DNA of 64,000 bases from Obrimoposthia wandeli (taxonomy: Eukaryota), in NCBI GenBank assembly GCA_977020255.1, contig CDROCS010001086.1, positions 124,001 to 188,000 on the forward strand, in the 5' to 3' direction. The position numbers were made by a program, and so were the translations under genes. Shown here piece by piece: positions 25,101-37,299 of the stretch; position 1 is the first letter of the stretch, and each line of letters begins with the position of its first letter. The notes under the pieces were generated by a model, which was not told where the DNA came from, did no database searches, and worked only from the letters and a program-made list of their open reading frames with translations.

Positions 25101-27414
25101 TTTGCATATAAAACCAAGATTTCAAAGCCACGTGCCAAAGCAATATTTAAAGATCATAAAATATTATATAAGCAAAAACTAAAATTATTTATTTTAAAAT
25201 GGCTTTGCAAACTTTTTAGGGAGTAGGGTAATGTGACACTTTTAGCCCGCAAAACCCCTTTGTCGTGGTTCTTATTTTTTGTCGAATGAAAGTCAAATTT
25301 CTTCCAAAAGTTTTATATTCAATAAATTTTCGTAAATATTGATTATTAAGCGCGTATGATGATTTTGTTCATAAGTGAGGGAGGTGTGTTTCTTCGGAAT
25401 GATATATAGGTATAAAGGTCCAGTATTATCAAGTGTAAAAATGTAAATGGAAAAAAACAAGTATAATCATCATAAATTTAATGCCAAAGCAAAAATTTAT
25501 ATTTGGTTTTAAAAAAATGGAGTAAAGAAATTTAAAAGTAATTTTTTCTCTCATTCTGAAAATAATGAAAGTTAATTTTGCAATCAAAAATAAAACAAAA
25601 TAAGTATCATATTATTGAAACCTTTCATCAAATAATCCTAATTTCATTTTATGCATTTTTTAATTAAAATATTAGAAATTTGTACTTCCTGGTTAAAATA
25701 TATTTTGAAATCGTGGTGATTACTGACATACTATTTGTAGTTCATTATTTAAATTAAAACGTACATATCATTTAAATAAGAAACTAATAAGAAATCAAAG
25801 GTTATTCAAAGGAATATCAAAATTATTCAAATTTATCAAGTGTAATTTATGTAAAAATATTGGTTTTTCAATATTGGTGCGCCCAATACTATTGGTAAAG
25901 TATATATACTCCAAAAAGTCAATTTACTTTATTATTAAAGACCATATGAAAATTATTTCATCAGATTTCAAATTAATCTGAAAGCAAAAATCTATCGTTG
26001 TTAAAAATATTATTTGAATTATCTAAAACTTTGCTTATAGGTTTTATTCAATTGCTAAAGAATTTGAGAGACATTTTAAAGCTTTAAAGTTTAATTATTT
26101 AATTATATTAAAAATATGTAAATTACCTCATCGGATTTTAAAAAATTCTGAAAGTTTAAAAATCTGATATAATTAGAAATTAGATGTACCACATAAAATA
26201 ATGTTTAATAAATTCTAAAAAATTAGATAAGAACATCTTCTAGATTTCTTTGATAAGTAAAAATTTTGTTTCAACAATGTTTTTAATTAGAAAATTAATT
26301 ATAAATGATTAAAATACAACCATTTGCTAAATTACACAATAATAATTTATGTATATTATAAAAAAACAGTGTATTATTAGTCACTAACTTAGCAATAAGA
26401 AAAATAAGAAAAACTAAAAATTAACAATACAGGAGATTATGATTTGACATAAGGATGCACTTGGACGAATAAAGCCAGTGGAAAACAGTTTGAAGCAATT
26501 TTACAGAAGATGGCCTAATCCTTGTGTGACAATTACTATCAATTCATTTACATTCTAGAGTTTTTATGAAATAATTGTAGGCTTAAAAATGTCACACAAG
26601 GCATTATCACATGACATAAAGTCAAATTAGAAGTTGTCAAGATGTATGTTGGGGTAAACTTCTCTAACCCCATATCCGGGAAGGTTTCTGTTAGGTATTG
26701 CCTTGTGACCAAGGCTGTGTGAACAAGTACCCGATCTTATTGACAAAGATATCTTCTATAAGAATTAAAAATTGATTTTTGGATTATCAAACAAAGCATT
26801 GAAAGTTTATCGAAGAAATTGAGACGTAACTTTTACACATTTTTTCTTTATTTGAAAAATTAAATTACAGTAAAATACAACGCAATTATTTATAAAAAAT
26901 CCCAGAACCAATGTGTCAAATAAAATGTTATTTTCCCCACCGACCATTTCTATGTTGAATATTAAAAATAAATATTTATATGTATGTAATTATTTAAACG
27001 TTATAAATTTAAATACACAATATCATTGTTTTTGTAATATTAAGTCATATTTTTATTTTTTTATGTTTTGTTTGAAAAATGTTAAACAAAAGTGACTCAA
27101 ATATAACAATTGTTTTAATTTGTTATTGCAATAAAATACATTTATTGTTATGTATTTAAAATCATAAAAAAACCAATATTCGAATTTTATATTGGTTTAA
27201 AAAAATTAATAAAATATCGTTGGTATTTCGCACTATTTTTTATTTTATGTAAAATTATGGAACCTTCTCTTAAATACGCTTCTAATTCTTTACAGGTCAT
27301 TCTTCTTAGTTACTGATTTTTCTGTTGTGAACTCAAAATCACATAATAGCATTGTAGCTGGACTCACGACATAAAGTTCCAAGCATATTTTATGAAAAGC
27401 ATCAAGCGTTTTTG

Positions 27415-28069
27415 ATGAAAATAAAGATATTTTTATTGATTAATGGCACGTCAAATTTATATTATTAACAAAAATCTTAGTCTAATCATCAAATATGAAT
27501 ACATATCCAATGTAAATTTTCTAACTAATGATTTAAATGCAAAAAAGAAATTAAATAAACATTCTTACTAATATTTAATTTACATCTTTATTATAAATAA
27601 TATTAACCTACCGGCTCTCCTTGTTGCTAAAAAAATGAAATTTTAATCATTTATGTATGTTAACTAAGCCACACAAAATTGTTTATGAATAATGATTTTT
27701 AAATAATAAAAACGAAAATTTGTATAAATTCTTTAAAAAAATGAAAAATAAAGATATTTTTATAGATTAATGGCACGTCAAATTTATATTATTAACAAAA
27801 ATCTTAGTCTAATCATCAAATATGAATACATATCCAATGTAAATTTTTTAACTAATGATTTAAATGCAAAAAAGAAATTAAATAAACATTCTTACTAATA
27901 TTTAATTTACATCTTTATTATAAATAATATTAACCTACCGGCTCTCCTTGTTGCTAAAAAATGAAATTTTAATTATTTATGTATGTTAACAAAGCCACAC
28001 AAAATTGTTTATGAATAATGATTTTTAAATAATAAAAACGAAAATTTATATAAATTCTTTAAAAAAATG
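27415..28069 (+). repeat. Near-identical head-to-tail tandem duplication, period ~327 bp
   Basis: TGGCACGTCA occurs at 27444 and 27771. The entire unit, including AACCTACCGGCTCTCCTTGTTGC, is repeated with only a few substitutions. Confidence 0.95.
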
Positions 28070-28302
28070 TAGCCTTTTTCATAAAATCACTAAATATTTT
28101 CACAAAATTGAATAGTTAAATCTTAAATATAAATCGTATTTGTGCCAATATGTTTTACATGTAAAATTTTATTTTATTCTGTTTTCTTATAAAGTCAAAA
28201 TTTTACCGTTTCTACTTGAATCTTACAATTCCTTGAATAATTTGAGATCCTTACCGGAAGTTTTATAATTTAGGTATTTCATAAACGTGTCAAAAGTTTG
28301 TA

Positions 28303-29194
28303 CAGTAATACCCCGAACTGTGCGGGTAATTCGTTCCAGAATTGTCCCGCACTGTTTGATGCATTATATAATGGGTTTAATAGTGATTCGTTCCGAACTG
28401 AATAAATATCGATACGTACATACGATAAAATAATTAAAAGTTATTAAATGCATTTAAAACGAGCATTAACAGAGAAAATGAAACAAGATTAAAATTAAAT
28501 ATTTATTGAAACAAAAAGAATACTGTAATGTTTTATTGTTTAGAAAATTATTTAATCAAAGAAATTTGCACTGATTTCTTCTTCGTTTTTGTGGCATACA
28601 GTTCTCTGTAGCATAGAATACTTTTTTCAACAGTGTTTCGCACTTAGATGCTGCATTCGACATTTGGGTCTTCATTCATAAAATTGTTTGAAGCTTTATC
28701 ATAAAGTGAAATAAATTTGTCCATGTCAGCAATGCTAAATTCTTTAATTATTTCAACTGGATCATCATTTTATTCTTTTTCTTCCTCTTCTTGCTGCTGA
28801 TAAATTTATCCGAGAGTTTCGTTACCGAGCTCACCAGAATGAGAGGTGATGCATTCACGCACATTAGCATTGTCTACATTATTAAATCCAAGCTCTTTCC
28901 CGATCTGAACAATATTTTCTACAACTGTTTGAACTTGAGGTTCAAAACCACCAAAATCATTCTTCAAATAAATCTCTCGTAACTCACGCCTTTCGATTCG
29001 ATCATCAAAATACTGGGAGAGTACTTTTGGCATAGCCTTTTAAAGCCCTTGGATTGTTTGCCCGGTAAACAAACATAGGCTTCAATCTAAATTCACCAGA
29101 CGCATTGCCAACTAACAATTTACTAATATCTTACGAAATCCGCATTATAGTGATACCCGCACTGTTTGGAACCGCAGTGTTCGGGGTCCTACTG
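28303..29194 (-). mobile_element. Tigger/pogo-like deletion derivative (892 bp) with TIRs and TA TSD
   Basis: TA|CAGTAATACCCCGAAC at 28301 and GTTCGGGGTCCTACTG|TA ending at 29196. The internal minus ORF 28806..29033 (DFGGFEPQ...ENIVQIGKELGFNNVD...SHSGEL) matches the Tigger transposase C-terminal region. Confidence 0.85.
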
Positions 29195-30604
29195 TAGTCA
29201 TAAACTTTAAAATTTTAAATTGCATAGTTTTATAATATATGCAATTGCTTCAAACAGCTTTTTTGGCATCGTTTAAAATGATAAAATAAATCGGTATGTA
29301 AGAGCATTTAGCTAACAGATGGAAGCGGTTACAGAATCTTGCAATCTTGATGTTTATTTATTTTTAAAATATCGTTATGCAGGTTTCCAGTATCGAAGCA
29401 ATTGACTGTATAAATGTAATTATACTTGCATTTTGAAACTTTGTATATTAAAACATCTGAAATCATCTTAAGGTACCAGGTAATAATCGGTTCGTGCATG
29501 AGCTGAACACATTTTTTAATCTCGATTAGCTTCTAGATTACATATTTTAATGCGGCAAAATTGGTAAATAAAAAGGATACAATATTAGTGGGTAGGAATG
29601 TGCCTTTTCAGAACAAAATCCTATGATTTATACCCATCCCGACGATTTATTTTTATTTTTAAAACGACTACCATGACTTTAAAATTACGACCTTCAAAGG
29701 TTCAAAGCACAACAAAAAGGAAATAAAGTAACATTTAATTTTAAAATTTCTTATATTTCATATTTATAAGTAAAAGTTGTATGAATGAAATGAATTCGTT
29801 AAAAACATATTTTTAAATTTATACTACTCACAAATAAAAAATAAAACATTTCAGTAACAAAAAAACATTTTAAAAATATTAATAAAAAACGTGAACTTGA
29901 TTTGTTGTATTTTTCAAATCTTGATGCTAAAAATTATGAAAATTTAAAATAATCAAACTCCTTAGATTTTTACATATTTTTGCTTTCGAATCGTTTAAAG
30001 TTATTCATAACACAATAATTATTTAATAATTTTGAGCTAAATAGATTACAGGAGCAGATCCAAAGTTGCAGACCCGTAGCACCCACTAAATTAAGATGTT
30101 GCTTATTTTAATATTTGAAGCATAATTCTTTGAAATGTAATGACTATATCAAAGTTTCACGCCGATTATGGTATTTTAATTTTTGGAAGCGACAGAATAA
30201 TTACACGTCAAACAAAATAAACAACACAACTAGCAGTAACCACACTAAAGCTAACAATCAGTTTCCCTAACACCTTGCAGCATACACATAAAATTGGAAA
30301 ATTGATTGCTAGACCATTGTGATATTATATTTTTAACTCATGGAAACTTAAAAGTATGTGGTTAGTTGTAATTGATGTTAATTTCCATCTATGTAAAATC
30401 TGTAAATTTAATTTAATCAATACTTGTTAATACCACATACAATTGAATACGAAATTATTGCACTCTGTATCACTCATTACTAATACGATTTTTGTTATTG
30501 ATTGAGTAACGAGTAGAAACGAGTTTCAGCTTTAAAAGTGCATATATAACTAGTTTATAATCAATCGATATTATATTGATTTTTTCCCTGGTAACAGAAA
30601 ATGC

Positions 30605-30880
30605 TGTAATTAGCATATAAGGGTGTGTTCAAGGGATTAACTTTGCTTTGGCTATAAAAGTTCGGGGTTTTAATCCAAATTTTAATGAGTGTTGTGACCC
30701 TGTTCTTTATCTCTCCTTCTTTCGCCACAGCATCACTTTGTGTTTTTATGTGAGTGTTAATGTGTTGTAGTTATCATTTGTAATTTAATTATGAATAAAA
30801 AATTATATCACAAAATCAATAAATAGTTTACTCGTTAACTTTTAACTTAAATTTACCCTCAACTAACGAATTGTCTTACA
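30605..30880 (+). mobile_element. Candidate 5' LTR
   Basis: Bounded by TGT...TTACA, with TATAAAAG near 30654 and AATAAA near 30794 and 30818. It lies 15 nt upstream of a PBS-like sequence. No second LTR was found in the window. Confidence 0.45.
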
Positions 30881-30895
30881 ATTGGATTTATAAAT

Positions 30896-30920
30896 TGGTG
30901 TGAGAAGTCGGGTTCAAACC
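30896..30920 (+). promoter_or_regulatory. tRNA-Leu-type primer-binding site
   Basis: TGGTGTGAGAAGTCGGGTTCAAACC matches TGGTGTCAGAAGTGGGATTCGAACC (the complement of a tRNA-Leu 3' end as I recall it) at 21/25 positions. Confidence 0.6.
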
Positions 30921-32059
30921 TAGTAAATGTCTGTTACAAATTCAACAAGACGATTTTCCAGAAATTTCAAAAGCGCTAAGAATTATGAATCAAGCAATCA
31001 ATCAAAGTGAGCGAATAATAAATTGCCAGTTCACTGTCAAACCCGGTCGCACAAATTTCATCATTTATGTAGACAAGTACGATAGAAGTGTTAGGTTTAG
31101 GAATTGTTAAAAATAAAATAATTAATCGAATTTATAGTGAAATAAGAATCCTTGAAAGCAAGGTTATAAATTAAATAAAATTAAAATTTAGAATTAAATT
31201 GTTAAAAGTAAAAGGAAAATTGAATATTAGGGACCACGAAGGTCGTGTGTGATGTGTAGGTATATATTGAAGTTTAGACTTAACAAAAGGGCCCAAAAAG
31301 ATATAACCCAGAAAATAAGGTTAGTTAGTAAGAAGAAAGAAGCCAATTAATAGAAGATTAATAGAAGATTATTAAATCATTGAGAGAAGATCGGAGTCAG
31401 AATCCATTAGGCCCGAGAAGAAAAAAGAAAGTTGCTGAGTATCTATTAGCGCCACTTAGCGCCAGACAAGCTATCCCGGAATTGTCGAGAAATCTATTAG
31501 AAGCAGCTCTCCGCAAACAGCTGTCTTATCGAGAAAGTAAGAGCACTTAGTTAAGTGATCTCTATTGTTAAATTTCCTAGGAGAAGTTCCCGCCGACAGA
31601 AATCAATTAACATCGTCGCCAAGTCCATTAGTGCCTGTGGAGAGGAGACCGTCGTCAAGAGGTGAGGACTTTGCTTTAAGTGCTTAAGTGCTCTAAATTT
31701 GGAGAGATCAGTATAAAAGGAAATTAACCAAACTCTAGTTTCCAGAGAAAACGAGGAAAACTAATTTGGAAAAATCGGATTGGAACTCGAGAAGAAAAGC
31801 GATCCTACACTGCAACCAGAGGACCGTGCACACACAGATAGTCCGAAAACCGGCCTCTCCATCTAACCAGAGCGAGCCCATTCGACAGTCGTCAAGTCCA
31901 AGAGAACGCAGCAGAGGCTAAAATCGGATCGGAACAATTGGCTTCGTAGAGACTGCGCCTCCAGACCCAGAAATCTCCAAGCAAGGCAACCGCTCTCAAT
32001 AAGACCGAAATCAAGGAACGGACAGACGGGAACGAGGTGAGAGACAGAGTGAGAGGTTT

Positions 32060-32592
32060 AAAATAAGAATCTTGAATTTGATAATAAAGATAAAGATTAG
32101 AATTGATTTTTAAAATAAGAATATTGAATTTTAAAATAAGAATATTGAATTTTAAAATAAGAATCTTGAATTTGATAATAAAGATAAAGATTGGAATTGA
32201 TTTATAAAATAAGAATATTGAATTTTAAAATAAGAATCTTGAATTTGATAATAAAGATAAAGATTGGAATTGATTTTTAAAGTAAGAATATTGAATTTTA
32301 AAATAAGAATCTTGAATTTGATAATAAAGATAAAGATTGGAATTGATTTTTAAAATAAGAATATTGATTTTTAAAATAAGAATCTTGAATTTGATAATAA
32401 AGATAAAGATTGGAATTGATTTTTAAAATAAGAATATTGATTTTTAAAATAAGAATCTTGAATTTGATAATAAAGATAAAGATTGGAATTGATTTTTAAA
32501 ATAAGAATATTGAATTTTAAAATAAGAATCTTGAATTTGATAATAAAGATAAAGATTGGAATTGATTTTAAACAATAAGAATATTGAATTTT
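32060..32592 (+). repeat. Minisatellite: 7 copies of a 73-bp unit with an internal ~21-bp subunit
   Basis: GAATCTTG recurs at 32067, 32161, 32234, 32307, 32380, 32453 and 32526. The period is 73 bp; the first interval is 94 bp because of one extra AAAATAAGAATATTGAATTTT subunit. Confidence 0.97.
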
Positions 32593-34019
32593 GAATAAAC
32601 TGGTAAACTAATTGGAAAGAAACAAATATAAAGTAGAAGGATATTCGAACGATTTTGTAAGTAAATTTTGTAAGAGAAAATTAATAAATTGTTCCGAGGG
32701 TATTGAGGTTTCGAGTAACTACTCTACCAAACCAAATAACTTACATTACCACATTTTAGAGCAACAAGCTCTGTAAACTCATCCCCTATTTTAGAGCAAC
32801 AGCTCTGTAAAATCTATAAATTCAAATTGCCCACAGTTTTAGAGTACGACTCTCACGCCAACCAAACATAAATTAAAATCGATACGTGGTTCATCCCCAC
32901 TGGTGTAGAGACTTACAGAAGTCTTAGGAATTTACTGTATCTTTTTAGAAATACGTACGTAAACGTATTGTTGTGTTTTAGTCTAGTGTGTTACCAATAA
33001 ACGATTTCCTACATTAGAAAACGTTGTTTTAAACCCTTCAGATTAAGAGACGTCAAAACAAACACCTTCAGATAAGTAATTGAGACAGACAACCATAGCA
33101 CTAAGTAGGCCACGACCAACTTTAAGACCTGCTTCTATTAGAACTCACGTTGGGGCCCTCCGCACACAAGAGGATCTATACAAGTCTCGTATAGAAACCC
33201 CAACAGAAGTAGTAATATGTAGATTAGTATTAAATACTCAAAACCTGAAACTTTGAGAAAATGCAGAACATTATTACAGATAAGTGTTTTTTCAATATTT
33301 AGTACAAAATAGAAGCTGAACCACAGACTTCATCCATGAAACATATTGACAGAGGTCACACATTCATTCACCCACTTACACAGATCACAGACAAGCATAC
33401 ATAAACTAGACAGAGTTGCTGAAGTCATCAACAAATAAATTGCAGGAAACAGTCGTCCACCTAGAATCAATGGTTCGGTCAGTTGATCCATTGATTGATT
33501 GGGGGTTCGAGAGTGTCACATCTGTTATCTAGTAGTAGGTTTCGTTCTCCAACCATGAGCCTTCCTTCCACTTTCGGAGAAGGTATTTATGGAGAATAAA
33601 TATTTGCAAAGATATTTGTAAAGATTTTGTAAAAAGAAAATATTGACATTGATGAGCAACCATGGTTGCAAGAGCGTGGGTAATACCACTACATATTATA
33701 ATGATGGGAGTTGGGACCCAGCAACCCCTAAAGTTGTTGACGGTAGAAGGAAACCTGATAAATTGCAAAAGTGTAGTCCAGTCTGAGAGAAACGGTGTAA
33801 GGATAGAAACAGGTGGTGCGTTAATGCATGAGCCTTTACAGCACTATGTGAAGGTAAATAATTCGATAGACAACAAGGACGGCGGATGGGGATGTTTCAA
33901 CCTGGACTTCGATGTCTGGACAGATGACAAGGTTAAATAGGACATATCTTGGGTTTAATCAAAAACCAGAAATATCCTACTAGCAATAATCGTTTTTTAT
34001 TATTTACGACACTAAAAGA

Positions 34020-34850
34020 TTTATGAAGAATTTTTTCAAAGAGCTGTGCAGACAGTGCTAAAGTCTACATACATGAATGATAGTGTAGACTCCATATGGA
34101 CGAAGAAAACATAAGTGCGCCTGATAATATTATTTTTAAAAATGTGGTTAAGAGCAAGAATGGTTGCGCGACAATGGGTAGTGAATAGCAGATCTGTGTT
34201 GGCACAAAGACCTGAAGAGGACACAGCTTGAAATATAAAGATTGCAGATCACAAGAGTTTGACAGGGAAAACATTGGATATGAGTTGGTAGTATAAGGAG
34301 AATGTATTTAAATTGAATGTAAAGTTACCAAAGGTTGAAAAGAAAACCAAAATATTTTTAAAGTTTGTTGTCTTGAGTTTTTGATCTAATTGGATTTGTA
34401 GGTCCAGTTATTGTCCGAGCTAAGATAATAATACAAGAGCTAGAGCATATTGAGTAAGACAAGACGAAAACGTTTTAGAAGCTATTGACAAGAAGGCGAC
34501 AGAATGGATTTCAGACTGCGCAAAAGTTAGAGAATGTTAATATACAACGAAGTTTAATCAGAAATATAAGCCCAAACGTAGAAATACTTTTTTTTCAAAT
34601 TCATCTAAAGGTGCGAATCGATCAGTAGATTTTTTAAAATAGCATATGTTATCAGTCCTGTAAAAATTTGTCGCAGCCAATTCGAAAGTTTCACCTGTAA
34701 AAGTTATAACCATAATGAGATTGAACTTGATGGTCGTTAGTGTAAGAGAAAATTTGACCAAAGGAATTGTTTGAGCTTTAAAATTAGATGTGAATACATT
34801 TTATTTTTTGGTTTGTTGATATAGACGTTCTCTGGTGGCCAAAGAGTGCG
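34020..34850 (+). pseudogene. BEL/Pao LTR-retrotransposon pol remnant (RT and downstream region)
   Basis: RAVQTVLKSTYMNDSVDS (BEL STYMDDxLDS), ARMVARQWVVNS, KTLxMSW and FDLIGFVGPVIVRAKIIIQEL (BEL FDPLGxxxPVxVRAKIxxQEL). Confidence 0.85.
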
Positions 34851-37299
34851 GAATTTATGTCAAGAGAACAGAAGAAAGATATAGAAAGAAAGTATTTTTA
34901 CAATTCCAGTAATACATAATCCTATATATCAATGTCGTATGCCTTTATGACGTTGACTAAACATTGTTTTTGTAAATAAAGATTTTGCGATAACGTTTTT
35001 GATCAAAGCGATTGAAATTTTTGAGCAAACAATAACGTTTATTCGCTTTATATGAAATAGAAAAATGTTAAAACTATCAACGCATTCTATATAGGTAATG
35101 ACTTTTTATTGAAATCCAATGTTGCCCAGTTTGGCCCCTATCTCCGGAATATATTTAACACCTATTATGTAATTCAAAAAATACAAATTTAACAATTCAT
35201 TTTTAGAGTTTCAACTGAAAATAATTTAGCAATTAAGTTATTTTATTTTAATTGAAATCAAACGTGCATTAATATTAATAGATTTCAGAAATAAATCTTA
35301 AAAAATTGAAGCACAATAATTTTTTTTAACAAGTTAATATTTTGTAAACATGCTAAGTGGTTAAAAAAATATTTGAAATAAAAAATTTATTTTGTTGTAT
35401 TTACTGGGGATTAAAAAACTATTACTACTTTAATCTACATTATTTTTATTAATTTTTCATCAGAATTGATGAATATTTAAATGTTTAAAAGAAGTGGTAT
35501 ATTTTAAAACTATATTTCAAATAAAATTTACAATAAAAAATGTACTTTCAAATTAAAGAAGTCATCTGTAATCTTAGTCTGAATTAAAATTAAACTTGAA
35601 AACATGACATTAAAAAGGCATTAAGAATTTCTAAGAAACCACTAAGTCTATTATAATATTATATATTGGTATATTTGTTTTAGTACATTGGTAGGTCAAT
35701 CTTCATTAAAGGTCATTTTCAAGTCTAGAGTTTAGACCATCACCTGATTGCAAATCTCAGGTGTACTACGATAAAATCCTAATCTTAAAGTGATCTAGGA
35801 TGACATTAAATGTTTTGTTCTACAAACTTTTATGCATAGTTTTTGTAAGACAAGACATTAATTAATCATATGGGAGCATGATTCATATGTCATTGTTCTA
35901 GAAGACGCACACCCTTACATTTTTGTATTTGTTTGAACGACTTTCAAATAAAATAACTTTAACTTATTGACTTTACGTTTGTTTATAAACTCAAATTATT
36001 TCAATTGGTTTGCTCTTATTAGCTCTTTAATAGTTCATTGGTTATCCTCAGGTATTAATTCTCTTTGACAATGTACATCCACAGGTTATAATTCTAGAAA
36101 CCACTATATTTTAAAATAGATTTAAATAATAGATTTAAAAAACAAATTGTGATGGATAAATATACTTGTTTCAATGTAAAAAATCAAAATTTTCATGTTA
36201 TGTAGAATTATTAAAAGTATACTTATTACTTAATTTACTAAACAAAAAATAAACTAATATCAATGATACTATAATCTTAAATAAGAATAAATAAGGATAA
36301 ACGTACCATTGCGCTATCTGTCTAAAAATGTTTAACGTAAAAATAATAGTAATGATTTCGATGAATAATATTAAAAATACTGTTGTATATAGATTCATTT
36401 AAAAGTCTATCAAACGATTTTCAACTGTTTATTTTTCACCTTTATTTAGTTCATTTTATTTTTTCAGACGTAATTATAAGGAAAACTTGCGAAATTATTA
36501 CATTTATAATGAATTGCTAATGTTTAAAATTAATAAACATGTGATATTTAATATAATAACAAGGTTTGAAATACACTTTAGTTTTATATTTTCGTAAATA
36601 GTATAATTTTTTATTAAATTTTATCAAAAAGCAAAGTAAATTTATAATAATTGAGCTTTATTTTAGTTTTCATAACTAAAAATAAATTGTGTTAAATATA
36701 GAAACATAAATTAAACATGTAATAAGGTTTCAAAACAAAATTATTTAGAAATCTCAGAAGTAAAAAACAATATTTAAAGTTTTTAAAATGTTAAAAAGAA
36801 TTATGGAGATTTTTATTTTTAAAAGTATTGAAGTGACTAAAAATTGTATTAAAAGACTATTTTAATAAATAATGTACTTTAAATAACATTTAATAACTAC
36901 TGTTAAGTCCGAAATATATATTTATCTTTGCTAGATTTTTTATATTAAAAACAAATTTAAATATAACTTTTTACTTTCTTTGAACGAGGAGGATATAATT
37001 ATTTGAGTAATTCTAAAACAAAAGCAGGCTTATTTTCCAAATTAATGTGTATTTTTTCATTGTTAAAGATAATACAAGCATACATACTAAATTCACTATC
37101 TCCATTGTTTTCAATTTGTCTCTTTATGGTAACTATTTCCAATGAATAGTTTTGCAAATAATGAATTTTCGAATCTTCGCATATAACTTCAACCTTTCTC
37201 TTGAGCTTCTCAAACTTTGGGTGGATTGTTTTAAATTACAATGTTTACAAATATTTTAACTAAAACGTGACAATACAACGGCATTTCCATGAATACCAT

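Noticed and set aside
26430-26610. Possible host exon (HKDALGRIKPVENSLKQFYRRWPNP) and a 12-bp inverted repeat CCTTGTGTGACA/TGTCACACAAGG
   Set aside because: The frame is short with a stop next to the putative acceptor, and a 12-bp repeat alone is not sufficient evidence.
32060-32860. CRISPR-like appearance: regular 73-bp period and nearby (G)TTTTAGAG motifs resembling type II-A repeats
   Set aside because: The units are contiguous with no unique spacers, there are no cas genes, and the context is a eukaryotic retroelement leader.
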